Assembly (NCBI GenBank): GCA_049999805.1
Contig: JBNGIO010006279.1
Location: 154,533 to 210,484, forward strand
Length of the DNA: 55,952 nt
Direction of reading: 5' to 3'
From: Folioceros fuciformis
Taxonomy: Eukaryota
Below are positions 29,801-40,200 of the stretch, in pieces; the stretch's first letter is position 1, and each line of letters begins with the position of its first letter. The notes below the pieces were generated by a model, which was given only the letters and a program-made list of their open reading frames with translations, did not search any database and was not told where the DNA came from. The translations under genes were made by a program, and so were the position numbers.

Positions 29801-30954
29801 CGCGATGGATGGAAGAGTGAGTACAGCAATGCAGCACGCTGCCTCCCTTCACAGAGCTTCAGCATCACGGGAGTCCCGTCATGGGCATAACCTGGAAGCT
29901 TTGGGTGGACATCAAACCCTGGGTGCAGACTTAAAGCGTTCTCTGAATCTTTGACTATAGCCACCTGCAGCCTTTGAGTTCTCTGTTTTCTCTTCAGTTT
30001 CATGGCCTCTGCAATAGATAAGTGGGAGGCATCCAGTGCCGAGGCGTCGAGGCAGACATAAACTGTCTCACAAAGGTCAGCCACATATCTGATGAAATTG
30101 CAACACTGCTTGGAGGCTGGTTGGAGGCATTGCCCGTGGTGCCAATAAAACACATAGAACGTCCTGCCATGGTGAATGCCGTATAGGCCTGTCTCCAGCC
30201 CGTCAGAGGTCATTAACCTTGCAAGGGTTTCATCAAGAAGCTTGAGCCTCTCAAGCATACTAATGAGTACCACCTTGCTCCCATAGAGGCCAACCACATG
30301 CAGGGCAGCACCGTTGAGGGAGTCAAAGTCCAGGTTGATTGTCGCATCCTGATAAGATGCCGAATTTTCCAAGATGCCTTTGCATAATTCAACGATCTGG
30401 TCTGGAGAAACAAGCAATTTCTCCACGAAGGTTGCATCTACCCTATCAGCCTTGACCTGCATCAGATTGTACAGTCTTGTTTCAACGCCACCAACACAGG
30501 CATGCTCTAACTTTGCAGGCACAAGCTTGGGGTCAGAGCTCGTCACGTGCCCATCTTGTGAACAGCCAATCCTTATTTCCTCGTCCCTGTCAACACATCC
30601 CCGCATCTGCATCTTAGCCTCAGTACGAACTGATTCGGAGGGTAAAATCACGTTCGTATCATAGGCCGCATCAGATTCAGGCTCAACTAAATTTATGCCG
30701 GATGAGGCAGTGTCATGGCCCAAGTCTGCCTTCGACGCACACTCCAAGGGCGTCGAAACACATTCCACCTCAATGACATCGGCAGACACTGACACAGCAA
30801 TCGCTGTGTCTTGCGTCTGCACACTCGGAGACGACAATATCGTCCATACATCGCCCTTCTCCTCGTTCTCACCTAACTCTACCGCTCCGCAGTCTTGTGC
30901 ACCATACCACGGGGAAAATTCATCCACAACACACAAGTCCTCTCCTCCTCCCAT
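23830..30954 (-). CDS. Giant (~2343 aa) GBP/VLIG-like P-loop GTPase with Cys/His-rich repeats and C-terminal VWA domain; 2 exons (30954-26701, 26607-23830)
   Basis: A 93-nt phase-0 GT-AG intron (26608-26700) joins the 1419-aa and 907-aa ORFs in frame (FNKK|DFNLDKD). G1 GKQSSGKS, G2 RCTDGIW, G3 LLDFEGLG; repeated C-x3-C-x5-H-x-G-x-H-x-C units; VWA with MIDAS IIFVIDKSRSM, GTNY and IIFFSDG. Confidence 0.85.
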
Positions 30955-33517
30955 GTCCTCCTTAGAACCCTACCTCACAGCCTTCTTGTATACGCTAATC
31001 TGGCCAGCAAAGACAAGAAAGATTGTCAACAACTAGAGAAACAAGGGATACCGGTACATGTCTACCCACGTCGCTGGATGCAGGCAGACCTTCTTCTCTG
31101 CAAGTACAGCCCTCCGCTGTACGAGCATCCACCAAGGCTCCCGATGTACCACACTGACACGAACTCAGCTACGTGCTCAAAATGCCAAGCCTTAGGGCAT
31201 CAAATGCGACCACTTTTGAAGGACGTCCCATCTGTCACCATAGCAACAAATGATGTCGCGCCTCATACAACATGCACTGGCCTAATACACGATCGTTCTC
31301 AGCAAATGCCACGTTTTGAAAATCTACCGTCTTCCCATGCCGATTGTCACCAGCGAAGGCAGACATCTATGGTACGGTCCCCACCTCAAGGGACGGGACG
31401 TAACCAGACGACGTACGAACAATCGAAATGGCAAATACGTATCGCCACAATGTCTCCGCCCTTCAAAAACCTAAAATGTTTCAACCGAGCACCAGTTGCT
31501 ATCCCAACGGCCAACTGCCACTGTCATGGTATAAGGAAAGAGGAACTGAGTCCATTTCTCAGTCTGACATTTACGGAAGGGTAGACAATGGAGACTTTAT
31601 TATGTGCACTCGCACATCTGAATCCTGAGACGGAGAATTCAGCGTCTGTTTTCCTGAATGGATAGAAATCACCAAATCTGAAACACTTTGTGCCCAAATA
31701 CAGAGAGCCAAGGGTGAAATCATGGACTCCACAGCTGCTGTTGCCCGTTCATCTGCACAGATTTTCATGCACAAGTGATGCAGTTTAGGTAAATTGAAAC
31801 AAAGATTGTCATGAAAGCTCGTTGTGCACAGAGTAACAACACGCCTACACTCACACCACACTGTAAAGTCTCAAGCACCAAAGTGCAGAGTTTCGTCTGA
31901 CGACTGCGCGCTAGAGACAAAATCATTATCCTCATATGCTAGCACGGATGCATGATTCTAAGTGCCTAGGCCCCTCAAGAACCGTCTGTCTGATGCCTTT
32001 CGTAAGTCCTCCACAATTGCAAGTATCGACGAGCTTTCCTGCAGCCATGGCTTCCAATTTCAAGGAGAAAAATTCCCGGTGTGGTGGAACCGGGAACGCG
32101 CTGCGGAATTAGGCCTGTTCCCGCCGGCTCGCCCCCTCCGCATCGGCGTGCAACAGCTGCACGCCCCAACGGGAGTGGATGAGAAGGGAAAGCCGGACTC
32201 CGCAGGAAGCCGAAGTCCGGGAAGCGAGGGAGGGAACCGCGAACCCCACAATCCGGACGAGCATGTCGCGGAACCGAGAGCCTCCGGCCCGCACCTGGAT
32301 CACTGGGAAAGTGTCCGCCGAGACTTTCATCATACGGGTTTCTCCGCGGCGTTGGGGTTGGTGTATGACTAGCAGCTGTCGTTGAAGATGAGAATGGAAG
32401 AAACCGCGAGAAGGGCGCCCAGCACCGGGTTGACACTCTGGGTGGCCGCACACTAAAGTCCGAGCGCCGGTTCGCCGATGCTGTCCACGGGGATCGTCAC
32501 CGCCGAGGAGGTGCAAGGTCTACCCGCTGCAAAGCGCAAACGGCAGGCGCACGAATCGACTTGTTGCAGCCAGCCTCAGCCACATGCAAGGAATTCAGCT
32601 GGTTCTGAAAACCGTTGGGCACCCGTGCACCGCAGCCACAAGCCTGCGCTTTCGGCAAAGAAGATTCAGGGGTCGAAGGCATCCAGCACCCGAGGCACCT
32701 TGCCCTATCGGCAAAGCAGAGCCTGAGCTTGGCATCGAGCCGCAGGCCACTTGGTACGCTTTAAACTTGTGGCTCACGTGAGTCACAAAGTTGACCTAGC
32801 AAACATGTCTGCGAGCAGGGCCACAAAAACTCAGACCAATAGCGAGGCCTGACACGAGGTGCTCCCCACCCGTGCTCGGCGAGCTCTAGGGGACAGCAGA
32901 TTTTTGGAACGACACCACGGGCGCTCATCACAAGCCTGTTACGTGCTTCGCTGCTGGTGCCTGCTGGTCAGGACTGTCTCGAAGGCGTTAAGCACCGGCG
33001 GGGGAGGTATGAAGATGCTGGCAAACCTCAGTTGGGCTGAAAAGCAGGGACGTTGGAACCTGAGGGCTCGTGGATTCGGGAAACAGCGCAGCGCTAGCCA
33101 AGCGCACAGCGGGTTGCTCGAATCGAGACTGGCAGTGGCGGGCTCCAGCCACCCAGTCCTCCAAGCAACAGATCGAGGACGCAGGCCGCTGCTGGAACCG
33201 GTCCCACCCTGTCGTCCAATCGTCACCTCTAGCACGGCCCGCGGTCTCCAATGCACACTGGACACCTGTCCAGAAGAAACGCAGTTTCGGTTGCAGCAAA
33301 TAGCTCTGGCAACCTGAAGACGAGGGTTCGAATCGCGGTAATTTCGGCCGGATTCCGCCACAGATCACACACCAGAGTACAAAAGTACTGGGAGATCCCA
33401 CGGTGGAAGGCTATACAAAAACCCTGCGAGAAACCCGAAACCCTGCCAAAAGAGAGCATGCGATTATTTCATCAAGGCAAGTAATCGAAATACTTTGTAA
33501 ACAGATACCGTACTTAA

Positions 33518-33617
33518 NNNNNNNNNNNNNNNNNNNNNNNNNNNNNNNNNNNNNNNNNNNNNNNNNNNNNNNNNNNNNNNNNNNNNNNNNNNNNNNNNNN
33601 NNNNNNNNNNNNNNNNN
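33518..33617. other. Assembly gap (100 N)
   Basis: Run of exactly 100 N. Confidence 0.99.
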
Positions 33618-34319
33618 CGTACTTAATATTGGATTTGATGCGGATAACTGAAATATATATATCGAAACGAATCATTGCAATGGAAGATGGAGAAAGCTGA
33701 GCGAGGAGAAGTTACTGACTGGCTTTGAACTTTTTGGGTTCGGCCTTCCCCGGGTTGTTTCCTTGCGGGGCAGTGGATGAACCCGGTAGGGAAGTCGGCG
33801 GGCGGCTGCGCACTGCATTCTAGAAGTGGAGCAGGCGGAGTCCGATTCTGTACCTACTTTGTCTAGAGAAAACTCATTGCCTTTCCTGAGAGTTCCTTGG
33901 AGAAGACAAATTCGGAGAAGGTGCAGCTGGACCTGGCTTCTGCCTTTGGCTCCAGGCCTTGGCCTTGCCTGATGCGATCGCACTTTTGTCTGGAGTACAT
34001 CGAGATCGGACCTCAAACCGCTGCTTCCAGCCTCATGTGATGATGGGTATTCGTGATGATTCACACTGAACCGCGCACTTCCTCCGTACCCCGGATGGCA
34101 TTGGATTTGCGTGCAACGGCCGTCCATGGCTCCCGCCTTTTGATGGACAAATTAGAAACCGAGTTTTTGTCGGTTATTAGGAACGTGTCCTGGCTTCACA
34201 TTCCATTGAGGTCACTGGGAAAGCGGAAGATGCCTCCCCACGAGGCGTTGTATAAGAATCCATGTTGCCGCGGCCTTATCTCAAACAACCCAACCCGGTG
34301 CCTTACTCCCGACCTTGAC

Positions 34320-36337
34320 ATGGCGAGCCCGAATGTCGTGCGTGTGACGAGTGGGATTTTCATCGTCCTAGGCCTCACTCTTGCAGCACTACAGCTGAAG
34401 TCAGGTACATGCTGCTCCAGCCTCCTGTGCTTTGGGGCGGTACCGGTGCTGGTTTTGACTGAGACCAGTTTTGGAGCATGATCGGGTAGTAGTGCTGTGC
34501 ATGATTCTGTCCCTGGGTGATGGTGGTGACACTGTGTGGAATTTGTTTTGTGACACGTGCAGTGGCGGCGACAGCACCTGCAGCCGCCGGGCCTTGCAGC
34601 TCCTTCATTATAACGTTGCAGGTCTCCAATGTTGCTCAGATCGCTACCCGTCTCGACTACAGTCCCAACCAGACCGTCAACATCGTGCTGCTCCAGGACA
34701 TTTCCCTCACCTCCAGTCTCATCTTCGACAGCAATTACTCCTGCACCATCTTCACTTCCTTGAAGAACACGAAGCGAAAGATCCGAGCTACCAATAACAA
34801 ATTCCCCACGTTCCAGATCCGTGGTACAAACAACGTGCTGGTGCAGAACGTGGGGTTCGAGATCCCGCCCACCCCCGGCACGAATCTTCCTCCCTGCCCT
34901 GTGTTGCTGCCCAATGACATGAACACGCGCCTGCATTGCCCCGCCGTGTTGATCCACGAATCCTGGGGCATCCAGTTGGTGCAGGCGGTGATTAAGGGCA
35001 GAATCGACATCCGCGAATCCCCCCATACCACTCTCGACTCGCTACAAATCACGTCGTCCACGGCCGAGAAGGGCATGGTCCAGGTCTCTCAGTCTGGCGA
35101 CGGGCCCAGCAGGACCAGATCCGAAATCGTCATATCCAACTGCAACTTCACGGGCTCGCAGATTGGGTTGCTGCTGGTTCGGGGTGCCGTGGGAGTCACG
35201 GTGCGCAACAATTACTTCAGGAATCAGAACTTCACAGGCGTCCAGTGCGGGGCGGGAGTGGTTAATGTGGGTGACTGCATGCTTGGCACCTTCGTCAACA
35301 ACTACTTCACCTTCACGCCGGACTTCACACCGCAGGCCGACTCTAGTGCCATGTACTTCGGCACTCACTGGGTGAATCCTGGCAACTACATCTCCTGTAA
35401 CTACGTGGTGGGCGGGAAACAGTGCCTCTACCTGGACTACGCTTCCAGCGGCACTACCGTGGACGGCATGGTGTGCATCGGACTGCCATCGGGATTGAAG
35501 CTCAACACCGGCCACTCCAACGCCGTCTCGAGCTTCATCACCATCGGCGCTCGGCTGCCTGGCTGGATCAGCTGTCAGAATTACTTCATCAACAACTGTA
35601 ACCAGACTGTTGGGGCCTACTGGGACGCCACCAGGCTCGCTTACTACGACTCTCCAGACTGGGAGCGGGTAAGACATGAGCAATCGCCTACAGACTTTGA
35701 TTTGCTGGCTTCCGCTCAATGTTTTGCACCGATCTGATCACGTTTCTGGTTGCATTCATCATTCGCAGGACTATCCTTGGCTTAACAACTTCTGCGACCT
35801 CACCTCGTTCAACGGCCAGCCCTGTAATCCCGATGGCAGCATATCAGCCTCAATTACAGGAAGGTGCAGCGGCCTACCCACAGGTAACCTCCTCCTCTCT
35901 TCGCACGCTTTGAAATTCCTTGTTCTCCAGGACCGCATACCAGACATGAATGAAAGCAAGATTTGATAACCCAGAATCGCTAATTTCTGCTCTCACCCTT
36001 CCTCCTGGCAGGTAATAGTGTCTCAATAGTGAACGTGGACCCAATCAGCAGAAACACGCCCACCTACTTGAGCTGTACCGGGGTGACGTCAGTCACATCC
36101 GGATCCCTGAACGACATGGACTGGTTAACCTTACCTTCAGCTCTGGCACTGTTCAACAACCCCAGCCAGCAGGACTACGGAGTAGATAACAAGCTGTCAC
36201 CCATCTACCTCAAGTATCCAAACTTCAAGTCGTGTCCCAAGTCCCAAGTGGGCATCAAGTCCGTGAGCTCCTCAACGTACATGGCCAACTTCAATGTGCC
36301 TCCAGGTCCTGCAGTTCCTCCATTCCTCCTCACCTGA
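34320..36337 (+). CDS. Secreted right-handed parallel beta-helix (pectin-lyase-fold) protein, ~543 aa; predicted exons 34320-34404, 34563-35668, 35769-35883, 36012-36337
   Basis: Signal-peptide-like first exon (MASPNVVRVTSGIFIVLGLTLAALQLKS). Three GT-AG introns keep the frame (1632 nt total). Asn-ladder beta-helix repeats IVISNCNF, VTVRNNYF, GTFVNNYF, GNYISCNYV and LYLDYASSGTTVDG. The first exon is inferred; ATG 34520 is an alternative start. Confidence 0.72.
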
Positions 36338-37247
36338 TCCTCTCACACCTGCTCCCATTTATAGCCTGCCAAGAGGTACAATAATCAGCACTAGGCTAGC
36401 TAGACTCACGGTTGAAGTGACAGTGGCTGGACTTGGTGCATATGGTATAGCTCTCATTACTGCTTATGATCCTGCTCCCAGCTTGGCTGCCAGCCACTCT
36501 CCTTCACAGTGCGCCTCCTAATAAAATGAAGCAGGCCAGCTGTACATAGAGGTGGTCCGTTACACCATGCCTATCTAGTAGGTCGTGGACTTGGCCAAAC
36601 ATAGTCCACACCTTGCTTTTGTAGCCCCCTAAACCTGTCCCTTTTCTGCATCGCCGAAAAGGATGTGGGCGTTAAGTTAACCCCAGAGGGAAACAACAGC
36701 CTCATTTTGAATTGGTGAGGCTATTTTTTATATTAATTTTCATTTTCATTTTTAACTATGTCGACCTTTGAGTCAACTACCCTGAAGGACGCGGCAGTTT
36801 TACCGCATAATATAGCCGGTAGGGACAAGAAAACGAAGTCCATTTGCCTTTAGGGTTTAGGGGTGTGGTGGTGCTTAGCTATTTTCATAATTGAAGTTTT
36901 TGTTTAGAAATCAGGATGGTGATTTGATTATGGTGATAGTTTGTGTGGAGGGACAAGGGAGAAGAGTTGTTTGTGAAAGCTTGAGAAAGCCTTCGTAGAC
37001 ACCTTTAATGGTCCCGCGGACGTCCCATTACGGACGAGGCCAAACTCAATGTGAGTAGGCCTTGATAGAATAATTGTTGTGAAGGATACCGATCAGAAGA
37101 GACGGGGTTGTCGATGTCAGTTTCAGTGGAACATGTGGGTACTACATACAAAACTGTCTGCACCTTCGAGGCTTCGGGGAGTGTGGTCAAGAATAGTTTA
37201 TTGGACGATCTGCGATGGTCCGTCCTTAGACTCGTCGTCCCACAAGG

Positions 37248-40200
37248 ATGGCTGCAGTATGGCAACCAGACCCGCTTTGGACCCAACAAATTGGTGTGTA
37301 TACAGGGATTCTACCAGGAGCTCCTTCTCATCTCGTCTCAGGCAGTCTACCTCTGTCATACAAAGCCTCCAGGGGCTGCAGCAGTGTAGGGAGCCCAGGA
37401 CTGCCACTTCCGAAGACGTGTGTGACTTGGGACCGGTCGTACAGCGATGCTAGTTGCCATGGGCAGCAGCACTGGCGGAAGCAATTTTTTCTTCTGGATA
37501 CTACCGTGTGGTGGGATAACAGGCGAGGTAAGAAGAGATCCCGTTTCCCTGACTTCCGGCGTAATGGGTCCGGTGAGATGCTGTTGTCAAACAACATGTC
37601 CAAGCCAGCTTGGGTTGATGACCAGCTTGTTTCCTGGGATATGGAGATGGGTATTGGTGCGTCTCCTGTGGGATCCAGCTCTCCTAGTAAGCCTGGACTT
37701 GACAGGCTTGCAGGTTCGGAAAGTGGCATCGTACCTGCTGTGACCGTGAGCACGTTATGTCAGCAGGGGAAGCTTTCCGAGGCTGTGAGAGCTCTGGAAT
37801 CTCTGGCGCAGATACATTCTGCTGTTTCTCCAGCACTGCTTTACTCTGTGCTGAAACTATGTACAGCTAGGAAGGATATGGTTTTGGGGCGACGAGTTCA
37901 TGATCTCTGTGTCAAACTTGGGTACGAGTCAAATGCGTACTTGGGGAACCATATTTTGCGTATGTATGCATGTGGAGGTAGGCTGGAGGAGGCCATGACT
38001 GTGCTGCGCAGGGTGGGCAGACCAGATGCCTTCATGTGGTTTTCCATAATCTCCGCTTACACTAAGCATGGCAGACCGAAGAGGGCCATTCAATTGTACT
38101 ATGAGATGCGTAAGTCAGGAGTCAAGGCTGATGCTCACGTCTTTGCAGCTGCCCTTCAAGCTTGCGCATTTGCTGCTGACTTGCAATCTGGCAGAGAAGT
38201 GCACAGTGATGTGTTGAACAGTGGCATTGCTGCCAACTTGTTTATTGGCAACTCCCTAGTGGACATGTACGCAAAATGTGGCGAACTGGAAGATGCACGC
38301 CAGGTTTTTGACAGAATGGCCTCAAAGAATGTGGTGACCTGGAATTCACTGATAGCCGGGTATGCCAAGCAAGGGCTCGGACACGAGGCTCTTGTTGTGT
38401 ATGGACAAATGGAACAGGAAGGGCTGCTTATGGCTGATGAGTTTACTTTTGCTTGCCTTGTGAAGGCTTGTGCAAGCATTGGTGCGCAGGCCTTGCAGAA
38501 GGGGAGGGAGCTGCATTCGCAGATAGTCAGACGAGAACTGCTGGAGAGCGTTGTGTTGGGCACCTGCCTGGTGGACATGTACGCAAAATGTGGCGAGCTG
38601 AGAGATGCACGCCAGGTTTTTGATAGGATGGCCAAGAAGGATGTGGTGACATGGAATGCCCTGATATCTGGGTACGCGAAATGTGGTGAACTGGAAGATG
38701 CACGCCATATTTTTGACAGCTTAACCACAAAAGATGTGGTGACATGGAATGCCCTGATTGCTGGGTATGCACAGCAAGGACTCGGCAAAGAGGCGCTTCT
38801 TGTGTACGGAAAAATGGAGGAGGCGGGCCTCAGTTTGGCAGACCATGTGACTTTTGTTTTCCTTCTGAAGGCCTGTGGAACCACTGGTGCTCTTCAGAAG
38901 GGCAGGCAGCTGCACTCGAAGATTGGCGAAAGAGGGCTCTTGCATAACGTAGTGGTGAGCACCAGCCTGGTGGACATGTATGCGAAGTGTGGTGAACTGG
39001 GAGATGCACGCCAGGTTTTCGACAGCTTGGCCACAAAGGATGTGGTGGCATGGACCGCCCTCATTTCCGGGTACGCACAGCAAGGGCTTGGACATGAGGC
39101 GCTCGTTTTGTATGGAGAAATGGAGGAGGCGGGCCTCATTCTGGCTGACCACGTTACCTTTGCTTGCCTTCTGAAGGCCTGTGGAAGCACCGGTGCTGTA
39201 CAGAAAGGCAGGCAGCTGCACTTGCAGATTGTTGAAAGGAACCTTCTGGATGACATAGTGGTGGGCACCTGCGTGGTGGAGATGTACGCAAAATGTGGCG
39301 AACTGGAAGATGCACGCCAGGTTTTTGACAGCTTGCCGAAAAAGAATGTGGTGACATGGAATGCCCTGATAGCTGGGTATGCACAGCAGGGACTGGGCCA
39401 AGAGGCCCTTCTTGTGTATGGTGAAATGGAGGAGGCGGGCCTCATTGTGGCTGACCATGTTACTTTCTCTTGCCTTCTGAAGGCGTGTGGAAGCACTGGT
39501 GCGTTGCAGAAGGGCAGGCAGCTGCACTCACAGATCGTGGAAAGAGGACTGCTGGATAAAGTAGTGGTGGGCACAAGCCTGGTGGACATGTATGCAAAAT
39601 GTGGTGAACTGGAAGATGCACGCCAGGTTTTCGACAGCTTGGCCGCAAAGAACGTGGTGACATGGAATGCGCTGATTGGTGGGTACGGTACCTGCGATGA
39701 AGGTCACAAGGCACTAGCTTGTTTTGAGGACATGTTAGTTGCCGGTATTCAGCCCGATGATGCTACTTTCACGTGCCTTCTAGTAGCCTGCAGTCATGAG
39801 GGACTGGTCCATGAGGGTCTCAGGTACTTCGATTCCATGGCTGCACAGCATGGCATCAAACCTACTCTCGAGCATTACACTTGCATGGTTGATCTTCTGG
39901 GGCGTGCAGGCCATTTGCAAGAAGCTGAGAAGATGTTGCAATCATGCGAGGGCCACAGTAATGTTGTGGGCTTGACGGCTTTATTGAACGCTTGCAAAAG
40001 TCACGGGGATATAGAGAGGGCTAGGAGGTGTTTTGAAAGCATCGTCAAGCTGGACCCTCAAAACACGTCTGCGCATGTGCTCATGGCCAGTGCCTTCGCA
40101 GATGCAGGTATGTGGAAGGATGTAGACAGGATAGAAACACACAGAATGGTAGCAGGAGCTAACAAGAAACCTGCAGTGGCAACCGTTGAGGTGAACAAGC

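Noticed and set aside
30895-31584. 229-aa plus-strand ORF upstream of the giant GTPase gene
   Set aside because: Non-ATG start and no domain; it overlaps the probable 5' UTR or promoter of the minus-strand gene.
33298-33340. tRNA-like motifs (tagctc...ggttcgaatc)
   Set aside because: The A-box to B-box spacing is only ~25 nt, with no cloverleaf or acceptor stem; not a tRNA.
34196-35719. 276-aa and 225-aa minus-strand ORFs
   Set aside because: Antisense to the beta-helix gene, which has the better motif and splice support.
36849-36863. tttagggtttaggg telomere-like motif (also aaaccctaa at ~18352)
   Set aside because: Only one or two units; may be telo-box promoter elements but cannot be distinguished from chance.
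38156-39714. Several long repetitive antisense ORFs in the PPR gene
   Set aside because: By-products of the tandem PPR repeats on the opposite strand.
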